IMG/VR virus record: IMGVR_UViG_3300022866_000322 | Coordinates: 124,001-188,000 of that record | Strand: one strand, 5' to 3' | DNA: 64,000 nt | In this document: positions 27,999-38,253 of the stretch, piece after piece | Layout of the letters: each line of letters begins with the position of its first letter | Numbering within the stretch: the first letter of the stretch is position 1 | Program-made: the position numbers and the translations under genes | The notes under the pieces: generated by a model | Told to the model about the DNA's origin: nothing | The model's database searches: none | The model's input: the letters and a program-made list of their open reading frames with translations, nothing else

Positions 27999-28599
27999 AA
28001 ATTTTATCTGCTATTCGTTGATGTCCAAGTTCCAATGGATGTCCATTTGGGCCTAACGGACAACCATCCTGCCAATGCGTGAATCCCTCATGAGGCCAAC
28101 CCAAGTAGTGTTCTTTGTCTACTGCATCAGCCATATGCTGTAAACCAATATTCTTATAGTGGTAGTCGTCCCAGTGCCCGTCCATACTAACAAACACATA
28201 CTTTTGTCTACGCTGTTTTAAAAGATCTTGTAGTGCTAATACCTTTGCTAACCAAGTTTGTGTTGCGTGTGCTACATCATAGTGTTCTGCATAATACTGT
28301 TTAATCCACGGGAACCTAGTGTGGTGATGATAACTAGCACTGGTTATTTGTAGCTCTTTTCCTCCGAACATTAAATCAAGTCTTGACGGTTCAGTCCAAG
28401 CGCATATTACTAGTTCATAATTATTTTGTACAACCCGGTCAATAGTAACCCTAAACATCCTATCGTTACTACCCCCAGGTACAGCAAGGTTGTAAACTCC
28501 AAAGTCTAATTCTCTTCCCAATAGATACGGCCATGCGTCTTGTTCACGATTGTCAAGTTCTGCACCGTAGGTAAAACTGTCGCCTATTGTTAAAATCAT
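27964..28599 (-). CDS. SGNH/GDSL hydrolase-like protein
   Basis: TIGDSFTYG, NLAVPGGSNDR, CAWT, GHPLELGH. Confidence 0.7.
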   Translation of the reverse strand: MILTIGDSFTYGAELDNREQDAWPYLLGRELDFGVYNLAVPGGSNDRMFRVTIDRVVQNNYELVICAWTEPSRLDLMFGGKELQITSASYHHHTRFPWIKQYYAEHYDVAHATQTWLAKVLALQDLLKQRRQKYVFVSMDGHWDDYHYKNIGLQHMADAVDKEHYLGWPHEGFTHWQDGCPLGPNGHPLELGHQRIADKIYEHIRNKQWFS

Positions 28600-28697
28600 T
28601 TGTAAATAAAAGGATCTCGTTTTTTAAGTTCTTTGAGCTTTTTACGATAGCGTATTTCTAGGATGATTCTATTCCAAAGGTTCTTTAACCAGTTCAT
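28596..28697 (-). CDS. 33-aa basic micropeptide MNWLKNLWNRIILEIRYRKKLKELKKRDPFIYK (not in ORF track)
   Basis: Read manually. Fills the gap between two SGNH genes; its TGA overlaps the next ATG (ATGA). Confidence 0.65.
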   Translation of the reverse strand: MNWLKNLWNRIILEIRYRKKLKELKKRDPFIYK

Positions 28698-29481
28698 TGA
28701 ACTTGTCCTTCATAAGTTGATAAGCGGCATCGTGCGCTTCTTCTAGTGGATGTGTTTCTCCACTAGGGTATTTATTTTCCATTGCCCACTGGTAAAAACC
28801 TCTTGGGCCTGTTTCACCATCCGGAAACCAAAACCAGTTTTGTTGTCGATCTTTGATCTCCTTGACTAGCATGTTGATGTTATCATCACACATCTTCATT
28901 GATCTGTTACTAGCGTCATGTATCAATTTATTGCACAAGATACTGTTATCTGCACATGTGAACATGTACTTTATTCCGTTTGCAATTAAGTAGTTTTGCA
29001 GATACACTATTTCTTTTAACGATTGGTATGTGTCCCAGTAATCCCCACCTACATGTTTGTAGAAAGTTTCAGCAAAACCTGCCATACCTTTTTGCGTAGC
29101 TCTAGCAATGTGCTCGCTTTGCATTCTTGCTATAGGATTTTCTAATTTGATATCTGCGGTGTGCGGAGTAATAGCGTACCAATTACCTGTGCGTTGCCCT
29201 GTGTCGTAGTTGAATCTAAATTCATACCTGCCAGGGAATGTCCAGTTTACAATAACAAATAAATCACGGACCTGAGTGCCGTGCATGCGGTATACATAAA
29301 CTTCATCAATCACTCTACGTGCAATAGCATCGTTGCCTATACCGGGCCAGGCTGTGCATCTATATGTTTGTTTAATATCATGTGCCAACAATGCAGGAAA
29401 TGTGCTGTGACTATGCGCACGTATGCAGTCTTTTAATTCACTACCGTATACGAAACTATCACCCCCTGCTACTATGTTCAT
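28669..29481 (-). CDS. SGNH/GDSL hydrolase-like protein
   Basis: AGGDSFVYG, GIGNDAIAR, VNWT, THPLEEAH. Confidence 0.7.
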   Translation of the reverse strand: MNIVAGGDSFVYGSELKDCIRAHSHSTFPALLAHDIKQTYRCTAWPGIGNDAIARRVIDEVYVYRMHGTQVRDLFVIVNWTFPGRYEFRFNYDTGQRTGNWYAITPHTADIKLENPIARMQSEHIARATQKGMAGFAETFYKHVGGDYWDTYQSLKEIVYLQNYLIANGIKYMFTCADNSILCNKLIHDASNRSMKMCDDNINMLVKEIKDRQQNWFWFPDGETGPRGFYQWAMENKYPSGETHPLEEAHDAAYQLMKDKFNELVKEPLE

Positions 29482-30607
29482 ACCCTGGCCTCATCATGTC
29501 TATTTGCGTTTGTTTGTAGTTATGGTCACCCCAACAATAATCAAACGTATTACTCACGTCTCCAACTTCTATACGGTAAATGTCTAAGTGATTGCTAAGA
29601 TGTTGTAGTATTGCTTGGGGATGACATTGTCCAAAACTTTCTGTCAGCAATACTTGTCCAATTTTTGCATGCCCTAAACTTAACTGTGGATCAGTTGGGT
29701 CCATGCCGTTAAGTTCTAACCAATTAGTAAAGTCATCAATTTCTTTATTGTGCCACTCGTAACCATCAACATAGCGTATTGTTTTACCCCACTCTACATC
29801 AAACTCTCCCGAGTAGTATTGTAAATGAGTAATTGCTTCACATACCGTGTCAGTTAATTCTGGTGCATGCTCATCCCTAAACACTTCCATCAGTGTTTTG
29901 CCAATTTGTGTCCAGTGCATGTATACTCCACCAAACTCTCTGTCGTATCCGTTTGCAATAAAATCTTTCCTATGCTCGTCCGTTAGCTCAAAACGTAATG
30001 CTTGCAAGAATGTTGTAATCTGACTAGGACGTACCCAGTCTGGCACTGTTGCTTGTTTACGTTGACTTAGAATAAGCGTTTCTGATTCGTGACATAAGTT
30101 GTTTAGTTGCCTAATAGCGTATTTGGTTTCAAAATCTGCATGTTTGTAATAAGGACTTAGATTTTCTACAGTGCCTTGCAGTACTTCGAAGTAGTTATGT
30201 AGTCTATTCATTGCACCATGCTTGACCCCAAGGCCCAAGTTGTCACTATCATAGCCAACAGGATATTCATCACCGAATCGGACAGTGTCTGGCGTAAAGT
30301 AATCTTCTATTATGTAAGGTTTAAGTCCCGCTTGCTGCCAAATACCTGTGCGATTAAAAATATTAATACGGTATATCGAATCATTTATTTCGCGACACAG
30401 ATAGGGCAAGTTGCGCGGCGAATGGGGGAAGCCCATAAAGCAATAATTTTTTTCTAATAGTCTGTTGCTTCGTAATTCTACCTGCAATGCACTCGCCCAG
30501 TCCTGCGCCAATTGGGTATCTGTTAATTCTATTGTGTAGTCTAACTGATCTTTTTTGTCTAAAGGATTACGTAGTACTACCTTAACTGATTTGATTCCAC
30601 CACTCAT
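29459..30607 (-). CDS. Hypothetical protein within the radical SAM cluster
   Basis: ~380-aa ORF; NRLHNYFE, LNNLCHE, HWTQIGKT. Start uncertain (30607 or 30637). Confidence 0.7.
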   Translation of the reverse strand: MSGGIKSVKVVLRNPLDKKDQLDYTIELTDTQLAQDWASALQVELRSNRLLEKNYCFMGFPHSPRNLPYLCREINDSIYRINIFNRTGIWQQAGLKPYIIEDYFTPDTVRFGDEYPVGYDSDNLGLGVKHGAMNRLHNYFEVLQGTVENLSPYYKHADFETKYAIRQLNNLCHESETLILSQRKQATVPDWVRPSQITTFLQALRFELTDEHRKDFIANGYDREFGGVYMHWTQIGKTLMEVFRDEHAPELTDTVCEAITHLQYYSGEFDVEWGKTIRYVDGYEWHNKEIDDFTNWLELNGMDPTDPQLSLGHAKIGQVLLTESFGQCHPQAILQHLSNHLDIYRIEVGDVSNTFDYCWGDHNYKQTQIDMMRPGYEHSSRG

Positions 30608-31868
30608 ATACGTCTGGTCTCTTGGACAATATTTCATCCATTGTAGTTGATTGCGTTCTAATACTTTCTAATTGTAACACACGAGCCTTGCCTTTTGCAA
30701 GTCCTTGTTTGTATTCATTTGGCCATTGTTCGTCAAACGTAGGACGTGATTTAAGTTGCTGTAGTACATCATGCATTGCACCATGTGTGTCCGGCAACAG
30801 TTCGTCCACCCATTTATGTAAAATAGATTTTGGTAGTGCTAGTGGACTCAACGCAATATCCGGGCTAAAGCTGAAAACAACTTTAGCCAAGATATCTACA
30901 TTAAGCTCACGTGCTAGTTTGATTATTGGAACGACTTCAAACATACCCGGTAAGGTAAGCGTGAAGTCTATTCTCATTTGTCTTCTATGAGTAGCTGTAC
31001 TAACTCCTCGTTTAAAATTTTCAAGCCACTCCGGATAGTCAAGACCTGTTCTGACATACTCTCCAATTGTGCCTGTACCGTCAATGCTTGCGCATATTTG
31101 CCAGTCGCGAAGCCCAGGTAAAATATCACTGTAAAGATCGCAACCGCGATAAGTGATCCTACTAAGATTAGTGTTGTACCTTGCATAAACATTTTTTCCA
31201 TCTCCCAGTTCAATTATTCTCTGCATGTACTTCCAGTGTTGCTCGTACATGAGAGGTTCACCGCCTACCCAATAGACTTCCTCGACACGGTGGTCCTCTA
31301 CCGCTTGTGCAAACTCTTGTTCAACTTGAGTACTTTGGAAATGTTCAATCTGATTCTTGACCTCGGGGCGCATCCAACTGTTTTTTGGATCGTGCCAATT
31401 GACCATGTCATGCTGTTTTTGCTCAGTTTCCCATGCACTGGACAGCATGTCGCCGCACATACGGCATTTGAAGTTACATAGGTTACTGAATCGATAATCC
31501 CAGGAGATTGGCTCCATGGAGGTGTAACCTGTTTCGTCAGTTGTTTCTACTGCGTGTAAGTACTTATGCCCAAATAAACTGTTAAAATATGAGCGGTAAA
31601 CGTCAGTGTTTAATAACTTGTCATTGCACACTTCACACTCTGGTAACGTTTCTCCTGCCATCATGCGCTTGCGCACACTACGCATGTGTTCACTATTCCA
31701 ATGCTGTTCTAATGTAATAGGTATATAAGTACCAGTACCTGCTTTTGTATCTATGTACTGTTCAAAGTTTTGTGCTGGTTCACGTGATGCACAACATAAA
31801 CGTCTTTCTGTCTGTGGACTCAGATACGTGTGTGTCCACGGTGCCATGCATAATGTTTTTGATTTCAA
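30582..31868 (-). CDS. Radical SAM enzyme with N-terminal SPASM/Twitch-like domain (7 of 7)
   Basis: CMAPW..LCC..CEVC; CNFKCRMC; GGEP; YNTN. Confidence 0.9.
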   Translation of the reverse strand: MKSKTLCMAPWTHTYLSPQTERRLCCASREPAQNFEQYIDTKAGTGTYIPITLEQHWNSEHMRSVRKRMMAGETLPECEVCNDKLLNTDVYRSYFNSLFGHKYLHAVETTDETGYTSMEPISWDYRFSNLCNFKCRMCGDMLSSAWETEQKQHDMVNWHDPKNSWMRPEVKNQIEHFQSTQVEQEFAQAVEDHRVEEVYWVGGEPLMYEQHWKYMQRIIELGDGKNVYARYNTNLSRITYRGCDLYSDILPGLRDWQICASIDGTGTIGEYVRTGLDYPEWLENFKRGVSTATHRRQMRIDFTLTLPGMFEVVPIIKLARELNVDILAKVVFSFSPDIALSPLALPKSILHKWVDELLPDTHGAMHDVLQQLKSRPTFDEQWPNEYKQGLAKGKARVLQLESIRTQSTTMDEILSKRPDVYEWWNQIS

Positions 31869-33133
31869 TTTTCGGCCATTGGTAAATTAGCTAACTTAAA
31901 ATATTCTTTTAAATCGTCGTACAAATAATGTTTGCTATCATATACATTCATGTCATAAAAAACTTCTTTGTCCCAGGTATCCCAATTCCACATTTTTTGT
32001 ATATTCATCGACAATCCAAACTCTCTACACAGGTTAGCAAATAGAGGTAGATCTTTATAATTACTCTTTTGTACTACAAAGTCAGCAGATAACTTTGTTT
32101 TAAAATTATTTTCTTCTATTAGATCTTTAACAAATTTTACATTTTTTAATAGGTTGTCCCACTGTCCGCCAACTCGTGTTAGTTTATAGGTTTGCTCACA
32201 GCCTGCATCAAAACTTATACGTAACTCTGAGATATAAGGAAGTAACTTCAACACTAAGTCTTTCTTTGCAATAAGGACACTGCCATTTGTGTGTATAATA
32301 TTCTGTATGTTTGTTTTACCACTATCTATTATGTAGTCAAGCAGTTCTAAATAAACGTCACTTATAAATGGCTCGCCGCCAGCCCATCTGATAATTATAG
32401 GTTGGTCCTTGATTTCGTCAATTATCAATTTTTTAATCTTTTCAGATATCGTATCATTAATTGGTCTTATAATGAGATCATTGTTGTAATTTTGATATTC
32501 TACTCTACAACTCGGACACTTAAAATTACAGCTAATATCAAAATCAAAAACTAAATTTTTTGGTATTTGTGTAACACAAAGATTTGAATCATCTTGATCG
32601 TCTAACTCTAAAGGTATTTGATCTTTATCAGTGTACGTTTTTTTGTGCGATGCTGGGTTAGCAGACTGGAAAAACGTACATATACTAGAATTGCAGTAGT
32701 AATATCTATCTTTAAGAATCTCGAATCTAATTTTCTTTGCTTGGTTGCAATTTAATATTTCGTAAATGTTTTTTGAATCCAATACTGTGCCTAAGAAAAT
32801 AGGAATCCAACTTGAGCAAGCACATAAAAAAACATTCCCGTTTTCATTGACTCCCATTGTTTCCCATGGTTCCCTGCACCTGTTTGTTCCAGTATATGAT
32901 TTGTTATAAAAAACTTGATCCTGGCGTGTTTGAATTGATGTTGACAACTCTTCGGTTGACTTAGATGCTATATCTTTATAATGTTCCTCCATTACGCCAA
33001 CAAAATTACTTAATTCATTGTCAATGGTAGGAGAAACACTATAGTTGTCATTAATAAAATCGTCATACTGAGGCCAATCCGCCCCTTTAAATTTTCTGTA
33101 TGATTTACTATCTATTATTTTCTTTAATTCCAT
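31865..33133 (-). CDS. Radical SAM enzyme (6 of 7), divergent, with an extra N-terminal module
   Basis: CREPW..LCAC..C...C; CNFKCPSC; AGGEP; HTNG; SFDA. Confidence 0.88.
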   Translation of the reverse strand: MELKKIIDSKSYRKFKGADWPQYDDFINDNYSVSPTIDNELSNFVGVMEEHYKDIASKSTEELSTSIQTRQDQVFYNKSYTGTNRCREPWETMGVNENGNVFLCACSSWIPIFLGTVLDSKNIYEILNCNQAKKIRFEILKDRYYYCNSSICTFFQSANPASHKKTYTDKDQIPLELDDQDDSNLCVTQIPKNLVFDFDISCNFKCPSCRVEYQNYNNDLIIRPINDTISEKIKKLIIDEIKDQPIIIRWAGGEPFISDVYLELLDYIIDSGKTNIQNIIHTNGSVLIAKKDLVLKLLPYISELRISFDAGCEQTYKLTRVGGQWDNLLKNVKFVKDLIEENNFKTKLSADFVVQKSNYKDLPLFANLCREFGLSMNIQKMWNWDTWDKEVFYDMNVYDSKHYLYDDLKEYFKLANLPMAEN

Positions 33134-33140
33134 AGTCTTG

Positions 33141-34346
33141 TTAGTACCCCATTGCCTTTGCTATTTCCGGGTGTGTGTCTGAAAAACTTTCTTTACGATA
33201 TCTATCAGTTTGTTGCATCTTAAACACAAACTCTTCGCCGTCAGTTCCTGCACCATTTTCGATAAATTTTACAATGCGCATGATTTCTGCTTTATGTTTG
33301 GGCATGAATTTACCGTTAAGTAACTTCTCCACCACAATACGTTTTGCTACTGGTGTCAATCCATCAATACACATGTGCTTAGGATCGTGTAACATGTTAA
33401 AGTAATGATCATTGAACGTTTGTGTGTTTACCCACTCGCATAGTTCTTCTAAGTAATAAACATTTTGTGCGTTAATGGTCATGCACACTTGTGTGGTAAT
33501 TTTTCTTATGTTGCGATCACGCAGTTTATGAAAACGTCTTATGTTGTCTTCTACTTCGTTCCACTTAGCACCGTAGCGTTCGTATTCAAAACGCTTGCCT
33601 ACGTTGTCGATACTGAATGCAATATCCACACGTTTAAAGTGACTCCATAACTCATACGCATCTGGCCATTGTGTACCGTTTGTGTTGTAGTGTATGTCAA
33701 TGTCTTTGGCGTAGCCTTGATCTACTGCATACTGTAGCAATTCAAAGTGTTCTTTGATCATAAATGGCTCACCGCCAGTGAATTCTAGATACTTGATGTT
33801 GGGTAGTAGTTCACGTAGGTTGTCCCAGAAGGCTTGTGTCTTTCTTGGCCATTGTCCTTGTTGCAAGAACTTGTATGCCAAGTGGCTCTTTTTGTTCTTC
33901 AATTCGGGTATATAATCTATTTCTTCTTGTGCCCATTTACTACTGCTCCAACTTCCGCATATACGACACTTTAGGTTACAAATGTTCCCCAGCTTTAAAT
34001 CCACAAACCATAATTGGTCTGGTTTGTCGTTAGCATAGTCTACTTTGTCAACAAACTCTTTTAGTCGGATCCTACTGTGTATGCGTTTGCTTGCACGGCC
34101 TGCGGCTTCTTCTTGCCAACAGCGTGTGCAGGTCTCTGGTTTCTCACCATTTCTAAATTGTTGCCGTAAGTCTTGCATGTACTTGCTGTTGTATATTGTC
34201 TGCAAATTGTCTTTGTTTAAGTCATACTTTTCGCCTGACTCATCTGTTATTTCGTCTATTGCCAAACAGCAAGGTCTTGCGGATCCAATTGGACTAGCTT
34301 CTATGCTAATCCAAGGTAGCATGCATATTGTTTTAGGAAGTTCCAT
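33141..34346 (-). CDS. Radical SAM enzyme with N-terminal SPASM/Twitch-like domain (5 of 7)
   Basis: CMLPW..PCC..CTRCW; CNLKCRIC; TGGEP; YNTNG; FSID. Confidence 0.92.
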   Translation of the reverse strand: MELPKTICMLPWISIEASPIGSARPCCLAIDEITDESGEKYDLNKDNLQTIYNSKYMQDLRQQFRNGEKPETCTRCWQEEAAGRASKRIHSRIRLKEFVDKVDYANDKPDQLWFVDLKLGNICNLKCRICGSWSSSKWAQEEIDYIPELKNKKSHLAYKFLQQGQWPRKTQAFWDNLRELLPNIKYLEFTGGEPFMIKEHFELLQYAVDQGYAKDIDIHYNTNGTQWPDAYELWSHFKRVDIAFSIDNVGKRFEYERYGAKWNEVEDNIRRFHKLRDRNIRKITTQVCMTINAQNVYYLEELCEWVNTQTFNDHYFNMLHDPKHMCIDGLTPVAKRIVVEKLLNGKFMPKHKAEIMRIVKFIENGAGTDGEEFVFKMQQTDRYRKESFSDTHPEIAKAMGY

Positions 34347-35661
34347 TTAGTTCCTTGTACTCAGGGAATGTGTCCCAGAAGTTTTCGTTTCTTATAACAT
34401 CTAATTTTGCAATTTGTTGCTCAAACTCAGGCCACTGCTTGTTGTTATCTTGTCCTTGTAATAAACTCAACACACTCTCATAGCCATTAATGGCACGACG
34501 TAAACTGTCCTGCGGGTCTAACCATGCAATATGTTCTTTGTACTTGGGCGTTATAACATTCTTTTTAAATTCCGTTGTAAATATATCTGGTCTGTACCAG
34601 TCTGGTGACTGACATATATTAATATTCCAGTCTTTTGCTTCAATTAGCCCTAACTCTACCCACTCTTTGTGAAAGTCTGGCACGTGTAGCACGTTCATTG
34701 CACTCACGGTTGCGCTTACATAAAAGTCCACATGCGGTACTTCTTTTAACATGCGTTGTCTGTTCTCAACTGTTTGTTTCCAATCTGTGCCTTTGCGCAT
34801 AAGCTCTGCTCTAGCACCACTAGCATCTAAACTGGCGCCAACACTAACATTCGTAAAATGTTGCCAGTAATCGAATACATGTTTGTTTTTATAACGCATT
34901 TCGCTAAAGTTTGTATTGTACTGTATTCGCACATCTGTCTTACCGTACTCTATTAGTTTGTCTAATAGATAATAATGTTCTTTCATTATAAGTGGTTCGC
35001 CACCTGCAAAATACACCTGCTCTAAATGTGGAATATGCTGTTCCATTTGTTCCAACATACTGTCTTCGTTGCCCGCAGTATACTCTACTCGTGCCATGTC
35101 CCTACCCAGTACATCTGGCTTACGATTATACAGTTTTACATGGTCATTATACCAATTACTGCTAAAGATAGGACCACAACTTCTACAGCTAAAGTTACAC
35201 AGGTTACTGAACCTAACGTCCCAGTAGCGTATTTTAAAATCATCTACAGAACCATCTGCATTAGTCTGCTCTGCTTCTGCTATGTGATGACCGTAGTTTC
35301 TGTTTGAATCGTTGCGCATACTAAATGCACCGTGTTGTTCTTGCTCGTAACACTTGGTACATTCTTTACACTCTTTACCTGCAAGCATATTTGTACGCAT
35401 TGTTTTGTAATCGTCTTGATTCCATACCTCTTCCATAGTATGCTTGCGTAAGTCACCTACAGGATGCCAATAATCACTTAGACAACAAGGATATGCTCTG
35501 CCATCTGGAAATGCATGCATGTGCATCCAGGGCAACATGCAAAACGTTTTGCTGTCCATTAACAAGTCTGTTTGTTTCTCAGTCAAGTCTTCTAGTTCTG
35601 CAAAGTACGGCTTGCGACTCATGTAGTCGTAGCCTTTGTTGTAAAATTTTTTAGAGTCCAT
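34333..35661 (-). CDS. Radical SAM enzyme with N-terminal SPASM/Twitch-like domain (4 of 7)
   Basis: CMLPW..PCC..CTKCY; CNFSCRSC; AGGEP; YNTN; ASLD. Confidence 0.92.
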   Translation of the reverse strand: MDSKKFYNKGYDYMSRKPYFAELEDLTEKQTDLLMDSKTFCMLPWMHMHAFPDGRAYPCCLSDYWHPVGDLRKHTMEEVWNQDDYKTMRTNMLAGKECKECTKCYEQEQHGAFSMRNDSNRNYGHHIAEAEQTNADGSVDDFKIRYWDVRFSNLCNFSCRSCGPIFSSNWYNDHVKLYNRKPDVLGRDMARVEYTAGNEDSMLEQMEQHIPHLEQVYFAGGEPLIMKEHYYLLDKLIEYGKTDVRIQYNTNFSEMRYKNKHVFDYWQHFTNVSVGASLDASGARAELMRKGTDWKQTVENRQRMLKEVPHVDFYVSATVSAMNVLHVPDFHKEWVELGLIEAKDWNINICQSPDWYRPDIFTTEFKKNVITPKYKEHIAWLDPQDSLRRAINGYESVLSLLQGQDNNKQWPEFEQQIAKLDVIRNENFWDTFPEYKELNGTS

Positions 35662-36994
35662 TGTACCAATCTGCTAGTTCTGGAAAAGTCTCTGTCAAGT
35701 TCTTTCCTCTGCGTTTGTCATACTGTTCGTGAAACTGTTTAAAGTCGTTGTGTAGTTTGGGCATGTCGAATGTGTCTGAATGTGGTGTTTCTACTACATC
35801 CAAGTAATCAATTAATCGTATGATGTGGTTAATCTCATGTTCATGCAACAACTGCCCAATTGGTCGTGCCGTTTGATAATCCAACCATGTGCGTAAACGT
35901 TCTTTGTGTTTAATTCTAATTTCTTCAGGGAACACCAACGGACTTTGGAAACTAGGGAAGCGTAAGATATTAAGTGTAAAACTTACAGCATGTTTACCGT
36001 GTTTTGATTTCCATCCAACTAATAAATCTAAAAAGGCAGTCAGACTTTCCAAACACAATGCATTAATTGTACACATTACATGTAACCCACGCAATTTATT
36101 TCTATGTACTTTTAGTACTTTGTTTATGTTATCACACCACAGTTCCCATTCCAGGCCGTCACGTATATACTCTGCTTGTTTATCCCAACTTTCGTTGCTA
36201 GTATATAGGTCTATAGGTTGGTCTACACTGTCGAACAATCTATCTACATCTATATCCTTACCTAAGTTACTGTTAATCGCCAAGCGTGTTTTACTCTTGC
36301 CTTTGTTTTGTTTAAACCAGTCTATAAGTTTCCAGGTGTAGCCACTCATTAGTGGTTCGCCACCTGTAATGCGTAGTTCGTCTAGCGTTCGGTGTAGGTC
36401 TGATTCCCACCACTTGAAGAACGCCTCAACATAAGGATTTTCCTCGCCGAATTTGTACAACTGCGCACTGTCATGAGCATGGGTAAAATGATTACGCCCG
36501 TCAGAAACAAGCCCAGTATAACTTCCGTTTGATTTGATATCCTTAACCCATGTACTACTAAAAGCAGGGTTGCAATAACTGCAAGCAAATTGACAAGTCC
36601 TATCGAAACTGATTTCCAAAGTTCGTAAGTCCACGTCTCCTGTTGCATCTGATTGATATGCATCGTCTAATTCCTTTATAGTATATATTTTACTTTTATA
36701 CACACGGTCAGAAATGTTATCACGTTTGATATCTTCAATCTTCCAGCAGTACTCACAACCTGGCGGACGTTCTCCTGCCTGCATCTGCGCCCTGTCTTGC
36801 TTCTTTTCGGGCGTGTTGTGTATTGCTTTGGGATTACGCTTAACTTCTTCAATATCAACTTTGTGTGCTGGTGGATGATGACAACTGGTACTCATGCCAC
36901 TACCAAGCCATATAGTAGCGTTATACCATTTTGCTCCACAAAAGCTCGCTGACTTTGTGTCTAATATTTGTTGTTTAAATTCTAAATCATTCAT
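35651..36994 (-). CDS. Radical SAM enzyme with N-terminal SPASM/Twitch-like domain (3 of 7)
   Basis: CGAKW..SCHH..CEYCW; CQFACSYC; TGGEP. Confidence 0.92.
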   Translation of the reverse strand: MNDLEFKQQILDTKSASFCGAKWYNATIWLGSGMSTSCHHPPAHKVDIEEVKRNPKAIHNTPEKKQDRAQMQAGERPPGCEYCWKIEDIKRDNISDRVYKSKIYTIKELDDAYQSDATGDVDLRTLEISFDRTCQFACSYCNPAFSSTWVKDIKSNGSYTGLVSDGRNHFTHAHDSAQLYKFGEENPYVEAFFKWWESDLHRTLDELRITGGEPLMSGYTWKLIDWFKQNKGKSKTRLAINSNLGKDIDVDRLFDSVDQPIDLYTSNESWDKQAEYIRDGLEWELWCDNINKVLKVHRNKLRGLHVMCTINALCLESLTAFLDLLVGWKSKHGKHAVSFTLNILRFPSFQSPLVFPEEIRIKHKERLRTWLDYQTARPIGQLLHEHEINHIIRLIDYLDVVETPHSDTFDMPKLHNDFKQFHEQYDKRRGKNLTETFPELADWYNGL

Positions 36995-38253
36995 TTTAAA
37001 TTATATTTTCCAAATTCGGCAACTAGCCAAGGAAAGGTTTTCCTCCAATTTATGTTTCTTCTCAAATCAATATCATTTAAAAAGTGAAACAAACTTGTTA
37101 TTTCCTTGACATTCGGTTCTTTGCTGTTGCTTTGCTTTCTTAATCCATCTAAGTAGTCTTTACTAAGCTGTTCTTCCTCTGTGTCAACAGGCTTTAATGC
37201 CAATGCCTTTTGAAAGTCTTCTTCGAATATGTTTCCGAATATGTCTATTCTTTGATTAGTAGGATCATTTACAGAGTTTTGATACAAGTAAATCTTTCTA
37301 ACCTTAGACCATTCCCTAACTTTTTCAAGTAATATAGGATAAGTTTTTATAGTCATTGGAGTAAGTGTTGAGTTAATAACTAAGTTAATATACTTCTTAG
37401 ACAATATGTACAAAAAGTTTTCTTCCCATTGTTTTAAATCTAACGGAAATCTAACATACTCGGCTTCCGGCCCCCAATTGTCCAAACTTGCTGTAACTTG
37501 AAACCCACCTATTTTTCTTTTTGCTATTAATTTCTCTACTTTACTTATAATTTCAACTAATCTATCTTTCTTAACACTAAGATTGGTAAAAATTTGTAGT
37601 GTAAGTTTCGGACTGGGGTATTGATCAAATATATCCAAACATTCTATAAATTCTTTTTGAAATAAAGGTTCTCCACCTAAAAAGTTAAACTGGCTTAAAT
37701 TATGCCCTTCGTTCTTTAACCAATCGTATACCTTTTGCTTGTTGGCATCGAAGCTATTTGCATTCTTAAAAATTACGCCATGTCTCGAATAACTCCACTT
37801 TTGACTTGTGTATTGCCCGACATGCTTGAAGTTTTCTTCTGCCCACATAGAGCTGAAAAGTTCTGAACAGTATAGACATTTTTGATTACACAAGTTGCTG
37901 AAATAAACTTCCAACACTGTAGGTGTCACACTGGTTGCTATCGGATTGTCCTTGAGTTCAGGGGGAGTTGGGACGCCGGGCATTGCCAGATTTGTTGTTC
38001 TATCGCTCTCGCCTCCTGCTTGTTCTATGTCTCTGCAGTATTCGCATCCTTGGCCAGGCCACTTGCCTTCTAGCATCATTTCCCTTGATTTAACTTTCTC
38101 TTCTGTATTATGAAAATCAAATGTATCTAAATCAAATTCATGTCGGTTGCAACGATGACAACTTGCTGTTTCGCCTAAACTGAGATATATGGTGCTCCAT
38201 CCCCATTTCAGACGGCAAGCAGTTTCTGTTTTTATAGGAAATATTTTATTCAT
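36991..38253 (-). CDS. Radical SAM enzyme with N-terminal SPASM/Twitch-like domain (2 of 7)
   Basis: CRLKW..SCHRC..CEYC; CNQKCLYC; LGGEP; ASLD. Confidence 0.92.
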   Translation of the reverse strand: MNKIFPIKTETACRLKWGWSTIYLSLGETASCHRCNRHEFDLDTFDFHNTEEKVKSREMMLEGKWPGQGCEYCRDIEQAGGESDRTTNLAMPGVPTPPELKDNPIATSVTPTVLEVYFSNLCNQKCLYCSELFSSMWAEENFKHVGQYTSQKWSYSRHGVIFKNANSFDANKQKVYDWLKNEGHNLSQFNFLGGEPLFQKEFIECLDIFDQYPSPKLTLQIFTNLSVKKDRLVEIISKVEKLIAKRKIGGFQVTASLDNWGPEAEYVRFPLDLKQWEENFLYILSKKYINLVINSTLTPMTIKTYPILLEKVREWSKVRKIYLYQNSVNDPTNQRIDIFGNIFEEDFQKALALKPVDTEEEQLSKDYLDGLRKQSNSKEPNVKEITSLFHFLNDIDLRRNINWRKTFPWLVAEFGKYNLK

